A stretch of 59,836 bases of DNA from a virus (IMGVR_UViG_3300021376_000060:1-59836), one strand, 5' to 3'; positions 53,001 through 59,158 are shown, counted from the first letter of the stretch. Notes: a model not told the origin generated them from the sequence alone. Numbers and translations: made by a program.

Positions 53001-53123
53001 TTGACTTTCCAGTGAAAGATAGTATTGTTTCAAAAATTCAGAAACTAAAGGAAATTCATCCCTTACAAACTCTGGAAGTTGATTGTCTACAACTGAACTG
53101 ATTTTGATTCTTGTTTCTGCCAT
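41037..53123 (-). CDS. g7: Baseplate wedge initiator, giant multi-domain form (4028 aa)
   Basis: QLPEFV, FYSSKGTEGSFEILFRALYG, DNDYYQYFSYAIKS, NHTAGF; follows g6. Confidence 0.85.
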   Translation of the reverse strand: MAETRIKISSVVDNQLPEFVRDEFPLVSEFLKQYYLSLESQGSVYDLASNLDQYVKVDTLSNLIDSTTLTSNVSFFDTIINVASTAGFPDSYGLLLIDSEIITYTGKTATSFTGCIRGFSGTTSLDNSLNPDELVFTDSAVQEHSSSATVKNLSILFLQKFFTKLKTQVTPGFEDRTLFTGLNDGLFIKQAVDFYSSKGTEGSFEILFRALYGKDVTVIRPQDYLIQPSDAQYRVTKDLVVESINGDINQLVNRTVYQDENSFLPRARGTVTQVERIQRAEKDYYVLSLDIGYDRDIDVDGTVFGEFSIHPKTLLITDIRDTDSSVGGFTPNFTSLDVDSTVGFPQSGELIVDLENGSQITITYTDKTLTQFLNCTGITQEIPSGTEIKSNVYAYGYDDSQGVVTFRVTGVLSDIVLQNQNSSFSAGDPIKIKTLGDSLEDYKFNNWFFNVSTTYTTKSVELLDSSNNSYAINFYDDHSFVIGDRVSILPSFGRPGTEVFGVVISYRNQKSIAVSGQGSLSPSQVYDVSKVLSRFDSSNYPTLNKYTTNVQNVYSDKERSLYIASPSLPTYLDQKITVNDRSVTFSGSFSGTNLTITNHPFYTGDGVYYRSNGAGNNLGIDDGFYFVRKVDSSTIQLAKSRANLYANKVVSVSGTVSNNKLEFSSFVSDSLETKQLEPQKLIRKISDPVDDEKEFQTLPGAIGVLVNGVEVLNYKSENNVFYGPIEEISVTSTGSDYDVINPPVLQVSDAVGSGATAYCNVKGSLERIDVIDGGFDYIEEPRIRISGGNGSLAEAKSNLVSFDHYVSFNARSTSGAINATTGEISFIEDHKFRDYEQVVYDPQGQTVVGGLSTNSSYFVSVIDSNSIKLHSTYSDSILGVNTVSLVNNGSGIQRFKSSNKKRKIGSITVINPGSNYENKKRTSTVSGINTASNIINIQNHGYQNGEVLTYDFTESPVVGLLSTSTYYVTKIDDDSFKLSLVGTSTTQPINLNYITKNYVDLISVGSGIHIFNYEPITVTVSGAIGVSTLTGQDFNATLQPVFRGSIESVHVQSGGNNFGSDDILNYNRQPEFLLLNGSGAQLTPVINNGSIVDVIINDPGTNYNSPPNITVSGSGSGALLTPIISNGTITSVTIVFGGLGYLDSDTIIEVTAAGLSAKFECSIKSWNVNLFERFLQTNQIIDDDGVLGDSFSGFGLQYFHLYSPRKLRSSVLGTRYRNGQIFYQPDLQVINGKEVTSSAHSPIIGWAYDGNPIYGPYGYSSITGGSIRSMVSGYKLNLQPNRPSTTLYPAGFFVEDYEFIGDGDLDENNGRFCITPEYPNGVYAYFTTISSGQIDSVGVFRNYKSPVFPYFIGNTYKSKPETFNFLKSSNQEDININETNWIRNTTPYNITNSNSGYRFLYDPNKVREQVSHVKSVSSGTINSVGILTGGINYQVGDKIIFKEVDLSSKKPVASVSLIKGKSVSSVSVASSELTNLEFYPSSNGYVAFSTTPHYFNNRDTVTFTSDFENPRVDTISNSINSLIVSTGIGSTGYTGLVTYFNVIGNLSEIFIKENDIYQVLDERVKILNVDSESSRVRVLRNIGEISGISTYSVGIAITEVTRKLFINLDIENNYDYKLNTEFYFNPSESLGIGTTSGPGVATTLTFSNPGVGATQISIPTRSIYLPNHQLISGDELIYSSNGGTQISISTDGVSSYQLSDNSVVYATRLTSDLIGISSYRVGLGTTGYYAGISTASDLLYFTGAGSGEIHSFTTNYENILTGNISKNQATVSTASTHGLALGDSVTLNVVSGISTQISVSYNDYNRRLIINKLDFLSSAVDTARNTITIPNHGLYTSQKVIYTSSSPSGGLSNEEIYYVIVVDKNTIKLSNSYYYSSRVERNEINITSASDGSISPVNPSINLTTKNTLLFDVSSPTLSFTNSGILYSAFDFDFYTDPNFNFPFEFTDSNNVEVVRTGRVGIDTNATVALRVNDSTPRKLYYKLTPTNLSIIPIVKEEIIVDNEVVDGSAVNVVQSVYNGTHTVSGITSTSFTYILSNTPEKSSYDTTNSSTTYVTNSPNAYGEIESISTNYGGLNLKSIPEIENVSSELGSGEVLEVSTNSIGKVLKTTIDDIGFGYSNDYSVRPTAKLPNVIKVTPQASFKSIGIASAGRGYSIAPDLIVLDGLTNKVVSDVDLRYNLDSKTVTILKNTKSINNVTPTIIPVNNTNGVGISSIRFISSSNDVVVTLGSSFSNASDFPFNIGDKVLIENTSVGVGSTGKGYNSSNYNYTLFTIVNTDPNIGGVGATVSYNISNYLSNGEVPGTFDSVNSSGRIVLQKQFPIFNIVLEKNIFNKGETVSSNGSFGVVVDWNDINEILKVSTNDTFNSGDVITGRTSTSSGIIGNVTTSTANYIVGSASTVVKGWQTETGFLDNQFQRVHDNDYYQYFSYAIKSPVSVEVWDDAVANLNHTAGFKRFSDLVVESSPTISGINTEQNLGDVSGIADLSRSIDLNCVYDFDLVTENNFIVDGSVRSDEIIFGSRVLQDYIESIGNRVLLIDDISDEFNSNPRSTQFSIVDTFRLDSRSVKYLTFIKDRRFTSQRQVSLVSLVHDGSTAYINQYGGVDSYYDMGSFDFSITGLDGNLLFYPTRSTINDYDVSTVSFDIRDSIVSIGSTDLGDTVFVGSATTSIPSGTSSATTIVGIASTYRSSKVLVQIGATNSSYHEFDELTILHNGTDIILQEYGQLNTVNDDSYSSLGLGTYHAYYSGSNINIDLIPYTSTPVQFDINSVRVSISSTISVGIGTEILNDTRIESSHVAISSTPTPGITTIASYSSTYEGSYYVVSVEDLTNNQYQVSEVVLVDDDTEAYFVEFGIIQTNSSIGSIGATVKPSGDVDLTFTANADTDVEVRVYQNPIGLVDLTIANRTIDFTNAFIRTGYGFYTGSETDVKRAFGLTHKQKPIFERYFDGSNSDIVSVTNNTITIPEHFFITGEKVIYSFAGAGTTQAIGIATTTISGVGSTDKLPSSLYIVKESDLKVRVAASASDALRNPPNILDITTVGIGTSHRFVSTNQNARVLIGIDNLIQSPIVATSVTTTASKEVSIVDDRLTFSGITSFFGGDLVKVDDEIMRVNSVGFGSTNIVLVQRAWMGTGIATHAINSTITKVNGDFNIIGNTINFVTAPYGPTPIGSTTNPPDSRDFVGIETHSTFSGRSFIRSGIVNGDSESYSHNYIFDDISSGFNGTNNTFTLKSNRSNISGFSTSNAIILINDIFQGPARVGSVQIVGDYDLSENTGITSITFTGTISSTSYDVNTSNVPLGGVIVSVGSTSGLGYQPLVSAGGTATVSIAGTISLISIGNSGSGYRSGIQTVNVGIATSSTGIPNITYIGIATVVNGHITGVAITNPGTGYTSTNPPIVIFDDPLSYSNIPLIYSSSSSGLGTAAVADIVVGQGSSVISFEIRNTGYGYGQGQVLTVATGGTTGIPTNTSVSLQEFQITVDQTFTDEFTGWTIGDLQVIDPIDSLFDGEKTTFPIKINGEQTTIRSRRGSNIEVKANLLIFINDILQVPDVSYIFNGGSIITFKEAPKVGDTSKILFYRGTGDVDTLNVDILETVKEGDTLRIDSDIARFKEDSRLVTDVVSTDVVETNVYPGPGLSQDETFARPVVWCRQTEDKIINGQEVGKDRILYEPLITPTSNLIENVSISSTQIWVESVKTFFDSYDEYLHDGTSEIPQNKITIISQNDLVAASATAVVSAAGTISSIIISNGGIGYTSTNPPEIVIENPVGLGSTQRASVLSVVSSAGTVSNIVVSSPGTGYTTSNPPVVLIEPPAVTKETIDSVSYIGDFGTIVGYGISTISGSDKNIFDLYIPQDSFLRDTDVVGTAITVSQIQVGDFFVVQNSNVGASSTNFFTYRTNGSIIGLSTQYVDGIYQVDTIETHYKNVVGVGTTVIKRVFAVVEPTTGISTIGMGSSTIFFDSTYYTWDYLGITTYSGGSITTSNYIGEFSWGRIYDLSRNEPKEFKSYGFSGINTSASVIRFNPLKYKNYVN

Positions 53124-53127
53124 TTTG

Positions 53128-55038
53128 TTATATTCTTACGAGGTCTCCGTTGGAATAACTTGAAGTTACCGTATATGTTGATCCAGAGATATCAGAACCC
53201 GAAGATATTTGATCTGATACCATATTTAACACACTAGAGGATGGGTCTAATTGAAGATATAAATCTTGCAATCCAATTACATCATTAGATCTTGGTGATA
53301 CTGAAATTTCAATTATAGATTCTCCTCCAACATTTTTTGATGTGGAAGTAATGTTGACGGGATTTAATATAATTTCTCCTCTTTCATAATCAATCCTACC
53401 AACATTATTTCTTACAACTGTAGGAGTATTTGAAGATGTTATGGTAAAGAAGAATATAGATCCAGTTCTACCATCAGAATTTGGAATATCTGACATATAC
53501 ACTGTCCCATTTACTGAACTTACAGTAAATCCTGAGGATTTAATATTATATCCACTCATCTTTCCAATATGAAAAGCATTTCCATAGCATATTTCATAAT
53601 CAGCAAATTGATTGAGTGTCGGTTTCATATCTCTTCTCATAACAATTTTTGTTATGTTTGAAGTGATAGCACTATTACTATCGTCAATCAATTTCAGAAA
53701 CTTACTATACTTAAATCTTGCACCATACTTATTCAGTTCTGATGAATTTGCATAAAGGTTTATATTGTTTGATACTATAGTCTGCAAATAGTCTGCACTA
53801 GGAGCTTCGTTTGAGTTATAATAAACTGCGGAATTGAATTCGACATAAAGATACTTAAGATCTAAAATTTCTGGAACTATTCCAGCAACACTATATTTTC
53901 TTAAACTGTTACGAATATTTTCTTTTACTTGACTGGAAACAAATGTTCCATTTATTGGTTTAATGGAAATGTAAACCTTTCCAAATCTTGGAGGATTTAA
54001 ATCTTCACCACCAAAAACAGAAACGGATTCTGTCTCTGGATATATTGTTGGGATTATAGTTTCATAGTCTGTTGCCGTTACAGCTCTATTTTGAGAGGCA
54101 TATATTCTCGGAGCATATTTCTTGATAGAATCTACAGATTCTATATCTTGTCCACCTCTAGACTGTGTGTTAGTAGTTAATAAGGAAATTCCAGTTGTAA
54201 CTACTCTGTTATTATTATCAATAATTCTTCCATTAAAGGTAAAGGATGAAACACCATTTGCACCTTCACCTGTAGTTGTTACATAAGAAACTTCGATATA
54301 ATTTTGATTATCAAGTTTAACTCCAAATACACCATCACCAAAAATGAGTTCGTATCTTTGATCTTCAATCTCTTGAATAAAAAATACTTTGGAAGTAGAA
54401 TCTACATCAAGTAAACTAGAGGATAATGTAAACTTACGAGTTACTGTGCTTGATTGAGTGTTTCTAACGAGAACCGAGATTGATTGAGTATCAATGTCGG
54501 AGTTATCTAAAATAAACTTTTGATTGGGGTTATTTGAATCAACTGTAAAAGTTTTTACTAAGAAAGTTCCCTCATAAACAGAAATATTTTCAAAAAGTGC
54601 TATTCCATTTATAACTGGACGAGTGATGTCCTCAGGAATAGTAAAGGTATAACTCTGATTACCGAAAGAACTTGATGATGTACAAACTGTTCCTTTTTTA
54701 AGGGTAAGAGTTAAAGGTCTTGTTGTAAATCCTGTTGTATCCACAAAGAAAGAAATGTTTGCTCTTGCCGAGGTTTTTGACCTTGGAACATATCCAATAT
54801 TTCTAGCAAGAGAAACAACATTTTCTCTTAACGTAGCACTATCAATAAACACCTCATTGCTAATCATATTAGCATTGTATGATGTAATATAAGTGTTATA
54901 TGCTAAGACATCTATAATTGTCGATAAAGTTGATCCTTCGAAATCATAGTCAGTAAAATTTGAATTCGATTTAAGGTAATCCTTAATCGAAGTCTTAATT
55001 TGATCGAAGTCTAAGTTGGTGAAATTTACTAGTGCCAT
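53128..55038 (-). CDS. g6: Baseplate wedge subunit
   Basis: LDFDQIK, DYDFEGS, ELIFGDGVFG, QNRAVTATDY. Confidence 0.95.
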   Translation of the reverse strand: MALVNFTNLDFDQIKTSIKDYLKSNSNFTDYDFEGSTLSTIIDVLAYNTYITSYNANMISNEVFIDSATLRENVVSLARNIGYVPRSKTSARANISFFVDTTGFTTRPLTLTLKKGTVCTSSSSFGNQSYTFTIPEDITRPVINGIALFENISVYEGTFLVKTFTVDSNNPNQKFILDNSDIDTQSISVLVRNTQSSTVTRKFTLSSSLLDVDSTSKVFFIQEIEDQRYELIFGDGVFGVKLDNQNYIEVSYVTTTGEGANGVSSFTFNGRIIDNNNRVVTTGISLLTTNTQSRGGQDIESVDSIKKYAPRIYASQNRAVTATDYETIIPTIYPETESVSVFGGEDLNPPRFGKVYISIKPINGTFVSSQVKENIRNSLRKYSVAGIVPEILDLKYLYVEFNSAVYYNSNEAPSADYLQTIVSNNINLYANSSELNKYGARFKYSKFLKLIDDSNSAITSNITKIVMRRDMKPTLNQFADYEICYGNAFHIGKMSGYNIKSSGFTVSSVNGTVYMSDIPNSDGRTGSIFFFTITSSNTPTVVRNNVGRIDYERGEIILNPVNITSTSKNVGGESIIEISVSPRSNDVIGLQDLYLQLDPSSSVLNMVSDQISSGSDISGSTYTVTSSYSNGDLVRI

Positions 55039-55439
55039 TATCGTGTTGGCTGTAATGCAAATGATAATTGTTGAGGTAATACATCAATTCCAACAATGTA
55101 ATAATTAATAGTTACATTGAACTCGTTATTATCATAATTTGGAGATACATCGACTGAGATCAAATCAACTCTTGGTTCGTAATTATTGATTGTATTAGTG
55201 ATTTCATCCTTAATAACAGATGCAGAAATCTCATCCATAGTCTCAAACAATGTCTGAGACACTCTAGATCCAAGATTCTCGTTAAAAAATCTCTCTCCAG
55301 GTAATGTAAAAACAAGATTTCTGACTGAACGAGCAATCGCAGTCTCATTATTAATGGAAATTAGGTCATTATTCAGGGGATTAACCTGAAATGACATACT
55401 AATATCTTTGAAACCTCTACTTAGCCGTTCTACAGGCAT
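55038..55439 (-). CDS. g25: Baseplate wedge subunit (gp25/GPW family)
   Basis: SVRNLVFTLPGERFF, INNYEPRV; TAAATA at 55461-55466. Confidence 0.94.
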   Translation of the reverse strand: MPVERLSRGFKDISMSFQVNPLNNDLISINNETAIARSVRNLVFTLPGERFFNENLGSRVSQTLFETMDEISASVIKDEITNTINNYEPRVDLISVDVSPNYDNNEFNVTINYYIVGIDVLPQQLSFALQPTR

Positions 55440-55463
55440 GAAAATATTATAAATCTATCTTAT

Positions 55464-55628
55464 TTATTCGTGTTTTTTGAATTCATAAAGAGGTTCAGTG
55501 CCATACTCCCAATCATCATAGTCTTCATCGTTACGAATTCTCTCATGAATTTCATTTTGGTGAAAAAAATCATGTTTTTTTGGTGTCAGATCGTCATTAT
55601 TGATCTCGCGAAGCATTTTTTGGTCCAT
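55464..55628 (-). CDS. Small acidic hypothetical protein, 54 aa
   Basis: Hand translation MDQKMLREINNDDLTPKKHDFFHQNEIHERIRNDEDYDDWEYGTEPLYEFKKHE with GGAG upstream. Confidence 0.65.
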   Translation of the reverse strand: MDQKMLREINNDDLTPKKHDFFHQNEIHERIRNDEDYDDWEYGTEPLYEFKKHE

Positions 55629-56304
55629 TTTGCTCTCCTGATTCGTTAAAATCAGAACTTTTTACGGGGTTGCTATCCCGAATTTTTGTGATTTCGTACA
55701 TAAAATCATCAGATGTCTCAATTTTTCGACGATTTTCAACTGAATACTCAGTTAAATCAATCTCATACCCTGGATTTTTAGTAATTCTGTTCTTAGTCCA
55801 GGCATCATCATACCATAATATCTTGTTATTAGGATATGCATAAAAATTTCCGTTGTCCATCTTAAAAAAGTGAGCACATTTATGCTCTGGAGTCTCACTA
55901 AAATTGGTATTCAGAGTAGATTTTGACTCCCATGACCAATCAAGAGTGAATAAGTAAGTTCCTTCATTCTTTTCTCCACGATAATTGATCAATTCAGCAC
56001 GTAAGTTAGCCAATCTTGAACGAACTTGAACATCAATATAAGGAGAAAAGCAATCCCACCACATACACTCCTCTAATTTAGATGCAGGTGCATCAGGTTT
56101 CCAACAAAATGCATGAATAGGTCTACGAGTCCAGTTCACCCCATTCTCTAGAAACGCTTCAAAGAGGGGTACGTGCTTCTCTAAGGACGCTACAGAATGT
56201 ACATCACATAAAGTTACCTCACCGTGTCCTTTTTTGTGATTATAAAGAAACTCATTACGAATGTAACAAGTAATTGTTGGAAGATTGTGATTTAGATATG
56301 ACAT
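55597..56304 (-). CDS. Conserved hypothetical phage protein
   Basis: ORF starting MSYLNHNLP with WDCFS, YLFTLDW, HKCAH, GNFYAYPNN motifs. Confidence 0.8.
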   Translation of the reverse strand: MSYLNHNLPTITCYIRNEFLYNHKKGHGEVTLCDVHSVASLEKHVPLFEAFLENGVNWTRRPIHAFCWKPDAPASKLEECMWWDCFSPYIDVQVRSRLANLRAELINYRGEKNEGTYLFTLDWSWESKSTLNTNFSETPEHKCAHFFKMDNGNFYAYPNNKILWYDDAWTKNRITKNPGYEIDLTEYSVENRRKIETSDDFMYEITKIRDSNPVKSSDFNESGEQNGPKNASRDQ

Positions 56305-56314
56305 AAATTGATAC

Positions 56315-56340
56315 AAAAAAAGCAGGAATTTCTTCCTGCT
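56315..56340 (-). terminator. Intrinsic terminator
   Basis: Minus strand AGCAGGAA-GAAA-TTCCTGCT followed by TTTTTT. Confidence 0.75.
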
Positions 56341-56352
56341 CTATCTATACTA

Positions 56353-56496
56353 TTAACCTTTACCTTGACCACGATACCTTTTCTTTCGACCATTTCGAGA
56401 TGTGGCAGAGAGAAGAGTCCGTGCAGAACGTCCCTGACGTGTCTTCTTTGGTTCTCCTGATTCAAATACAGTTTTATTTGATCCACCTTTAGCCAT
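56353..56496 (-). CDS. Small very basic protein, 47 aa
   Basis: Hand translation MAKGGSNKTVFESGEPKKTRQGRSARTLLSATSRNGRKKRYRGQGKG; GGAGG upstream, TAATG coupling, terminator downstream. Confidence 0.75.
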   Translation of the reverse strand: MAKGGSNKTVFESGEPKKTRQGRSARTLLSATSRNGRKKRYRGQGKG

Positions 56497-56642
56497 TAGA
56501 TTTCCTCCAGTTCGAGTTGTTCAATATCAAAGTCCTCCTCAGTGTAATACTTAGAGGATAGTTCATCAAGAACCTCAGTACATTCTTCGTAACTGAGGTC
56601 CTGATATATTTTACGTCCTTTATATAAGATATTAAAAGCCAT
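56496..56642 (-). CDS. Small acidic protein, 48 aa
   Basis: Hand translation MAFNILYKGRKIYQDLSYEECTEVLDELSSKYYTEEDFDIEQLELEEI; TAATG coupling at both ends. Confidence 0.75.
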   Translation of the reverse strand: MAFNILYKGRKIYQDLSYEECTEVLDELSSKYYTEEDFDIEQLELEEI

Positions 56643-57409
56643 TAGATCACACGAGTCTTCTCATGTCCTACACGAATACGAGGATCGCACCAGATATCAA
56701 ATCCAGCTTCTTTTGCGTCAAGACAGAATGAAACATCCTCACCACACATATCTTGAACTGCTCCAGACTCAAAGACTTGCATCTTAGGAGCAAACCAGGG
56801 ATATTCAAGATTCTCAAATACACCCTTCTTAATCAGGACCCAACCAAAACCAGTGTAGTCAACAGTAAAAGGCTTACGACGCTTCGAGATACCTTCTACG
56901 TTCTCATGATTCATGACACCACCATTCTTACGGAAGTCATCTTCTTCCAACCAGTGAGCGACAGAAGTAGTGTGACCATCTTCTGTAGCGTACCAACCAG
57001 CAACAATTTCCTTCTCTTCACCTTCTTCTGAAAGTGCAAGATCACACAGTTGCCAGAACTTTTCGGTATTGAAGACAATATCACTATCAATCCAGAGTTG
57101 ATAATCATAAGTCAACTTACCATCCCAAGGAACTTGCTTCGGTCCACGAAGTACATTTGCTCCAAGAACTTTACAACGAGCAAAGTTAACCATCGATGAG
57201 TAATCTTGAGAAATTTGAATACTCATATTGTTTTGTACAAGATCAAAACAAAGTTGAACAAATGCCTTTAGAAAAGTAAATGAGCAACCACGACCAGGAA
57301 GACAAAAGACAATCGATTTGCCTTTCATTCGTTCCTTAATCGCATCATAGTCCCATTCCGCTTCTTTGGGCTTTGGTGCATTAGCTTTCAAAGTAAATCC
57401 TTTTGCCAT
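56642..57409 (-). CDS. Glycosyltransferase, GT-A fold (GT2-like)
   Basis: DxD motif WIDSD, TGFGWVLIKKGVFE, GEDVSFC, VGH. Confidence 0.8.
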   Translation of the reverse strand: MAKGFTLKANAPKPKEAEWDYDAIKERMKGKSIVFCLPGRGCSFTFLKAFVQLCFDLVQNNMSIQISQDYSSMVNFARCKVLGANVLRGPKQVPWDGKLTYDYQLWIDSDIVFNTEKFWQLCDLALSEEGEEKEIVAGWYATEDGHTTSVAHWLEEDDFRKNGGVMNHENVEGISKRRKPFTVDYTGFGWVLIKKGVFENLEYPWFAPKMQVFESGAVQDMCGEDVSFCLDAKEAGFDIWCDPRIRVGHEKTRVI

Positions 57410-57432
57410 AATTGAAATTAACCTTCAGATCA

Positions 57433-57461
57433 ATTTTATCGTCATATTTAGGGTTTGTCAA
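57433..57461 (-). promoter_or_regulatory. Composite sigma70 plus late promoter for the glycosyltransferase
   Basis: Minus strand TTGACA-aaccctaaatatgacga (17 nt)-TAAAAT, with CTAAATA in the spacer. Confidence 0.7.
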
Positions 57462-57649
57462 TAAGACCCCTCAAAGGAGACATTCCGGTTCACCATAATC
57501 TCCTCATAAGATAAATCAGTAACTTCATAATTAGTATGCATAATACCTACCATGTTTCTCAGAGTTCTCCAAGTAATCTCAAACTCATCTTCTTTGACAG
57601 AATGAAATAAACAACGGTCCTTTGCATAAATGTGATAAATCTTTTCCAT
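57458..57649 (-). CDS. Hypothetical protein
   Basis: 63-aa ORF with TAATG coupling to the cupin gene. Confidence 0.7.
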   Translation of the reverse strand: MEKIYHIYAKDRCLFHSVKEDEFEITWRTLRNMVGIMHTNYEVTDLSYEEIMVNRNVSFEGSY

Positions 57650-57987
57650 TACTTTACTCTCCCATAATGATCCTCTAAACGTACAATATCATCCTCCTCA
57701 CAAATACCAAGCTGTGTCTCAATCACTGTAATACCATTCTTACCAGCCTTGAGACGATGTACATCCCCCTTACTAATAAAAACACTATCACCTACTTCTA
57801 CATGTCTTACAATATCTTCGTGTGTTAATTCTCCATCACCCTCAACAACTATCCAATACTCTTCCCTATGGAAATGATATTGGAGTGATATTGATTGATT
57901 TGGTGAGATAACAATCTTCTTTACCTTATAATCAATCTCTTCCAATAAGTTTTCGAATAACCCCCATGGGCGAACCTCTGTAGTCAT
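57649..57987 (-). CDS. Cupin, type II mannose-6-phosphate isomerase C-terminal-like
   Basis: RPWG, SLQYHFHREEYWIVVEG, HRL, IETQLG, EDDIVRLEDHYGR. Confidence 0.85.
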   Translation of the reverse strand: MTTEVRPWGLFENLLEEIDYKVKKIVISPNQSISLQYHFHREEYWIVVEGDGELTHEDIVRHVEVGDSVFISKGDVHRLKAGKNGITVIETQLGICEEDDIVRLEDHYGRVK

Positions 57988-58007
57988 AAAAATATTTCCG
58001 GAATTTT

Positions 58008-58151
58008 TTATCTCACAGCATTATATATCAACACAAATAAAAAACCGACAGTGCCTCCGAAGATCGTAAAGCACTGTCGTGGATATCGTATTAACCATCC
58101 TGCAAAGACTACCTTCCAGAAGTTCCAATAAGGGGTTTTATGTCTTCTCAT
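58008..58151 (-). CDS. Small hydrophobic (membrane) protein, 47 aa
   Basis: Hand translation MRRHKTPYWNFWKVVFAGWLIRYPRQCFTIFGGTVGFLFVLIYNAVR. Confidence 0.6.
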   Translation of the reverse strand: MRRHKTPYWNFWKVVFAGWLIRYPRQCFTIFGGTVGFLFVLIYNAVR

Positions 58152-58291
58152 ATCACCGGAATTTTTTTATCTATGAAGTTTATAGAGCTCTCGTGGGAAT
58201 ATACTTTTGTAGGTTAGGGACTTATGGGTTTTTATAAACGGGGTTACGCCGCGACAACGTTAACATAAAACCCCCAAAACACTGGCAAAAC

Positions 58292-58334
58292 TATAAAGAA
58301 CTGTCAGTCCCTTAAGTATAAAGAACTGACAGTC
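58292..58334. repeat. 18-bp direct repeat with near-palindromic core
   Basis: TATAAAGAACTGTCAGTC (58292) and TATAAAGAACTGACAGTC (58317). Confidence 0.75.
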
Positions 58335-58352
58335 TTATGTGAATCTAACTGA

Positions 58353-58496
58353 TCAGAACTCGATCACATCAAGAGTCGGAGTGTTGACCTGTTGATTGTC
58401 ACTTACCGTACCATCAGTAAGTGCTTCGAGAATCTCGAGAATCTCAGAGCCAGTGTTACCTTTCTTGAGAAGAGAGATCATCACTTGAGTAGACAT
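58353..58496 (-). CDS. Small hypothetical protein, 47 aa
   Basis: Hand translation MSTQVMISLLKKGNTGSEILEILEALTDGTVSDNQQVNTPTLDVIEF. Confidence 0.6.
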   Translation of the reverse strand: MSTQVMISLLKKGNTGSEILEILEALTDGTVSDNQQVNTPTLDVIEF

Positions 58497-58571
58497 AATG
58501 TAAGAAGAAAAGTGTTGTGAACTGTGTGGTGCCTAGTTTATACTCTTGCGACAGGAGTGAGGTATAAGACC

Positions 58572-58820
58572 TCAGAGATCTTCGATCAGTTCGTTGAGTT
58601 CAATCCAGTTCAACTTGTCACTGGTAAATGATACTCCGTCCGGGGTCTTAGTGATAAAGTTCTCAGTGGAATCTACGAAGTCCTGATAATCATCACAAAG
58701 ACGAGCGATGTCATAGAAACCCTCATCATTGCTGATCCAGAGTGCAACATTCCAGGTCTCATAATTCGTCCAACCGTTGTAGGTGGTGTCCTGAATGTTG
58801 GTCTGGTAAGTAACAGTCAT
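58572..58820 (-). CDS. Early hypothetical protein (YNGWTNYETWNVALW motif)
   Basis: 82-aa ORF with a motif recurrent in phage early regions. Confidence 0.8.
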   Translation of the reverse strand: MTVTYQTNIQDTTYNGWTNYETWNVALWISNDEGFYDIARLCDDYQDFVDSTENFITKTPDGVSFTSDKLNWIELNELIEDL

Positions 58821-58861
58821 TTGTGTGTGTTTGAGAAGTCTTTCGGGTCTGGTGTGTGACC

Positions 58862-58890
58862 CTTACACTATAGGGACACTTTAGAGGTTA
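58862..58890 (-). promoter_or_regulatory. Candidate early promoter lacking a canonical -35
   Basis: Minus strand TAACCTCTAAAGTGTCCC-TATAGT-GTAAG about 48 nt upstream of the 82-aa ORF. Confidence 0.45.
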
Positions 58891-58984
58891 CTAACTTTAA
58901 TTCCTTTGATTATCAGTCCTTAAGTGACTGACACCTAAGAACTGTGAGAGACACCTTACAGGGGATTGTAGAGGGGTCTCAGTG

Positions 58985-59158
58985 TCACCAACGATCAGGA
59001 ACTGACAGGTCTTCAACATAAGCGGAAACACGTTCTGCGGGTTCCAATTTGAATACTTTCTCCCAGTCTATCTGATGAGGATCGAAATCACTAAAGACCT
59101 CAAGATCCAGAGTGACCCTATAACGAACTTTCTGTGCTTGGTTGAATGCAACTGTCAT
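58985..59158 (-). CDS. Small early hypothetical protein, 57 aa
   Basis: Hand translation MTVAFNQAQKVRYRVTLDLEVFSDFDPHQIDWEKVFKLEPAERVSAYVEDLSVPDRW; GGAGAG and a promoter upstream. Confidence 0.75.
   Translation of the reverse strand: MTVAFNQAQKVRYRVTLDLEVFSDFDPHQIDWEKVFKLEPAERVSAYVEDLSVPDRW

Noticed and set aside
56292-56486. 64-aa ORF in the track
   Set aside because: A different frame (56353..56496) has a ribosome-binding site, stop-start coupling and ends before the terminator; this one crosses the terminator.
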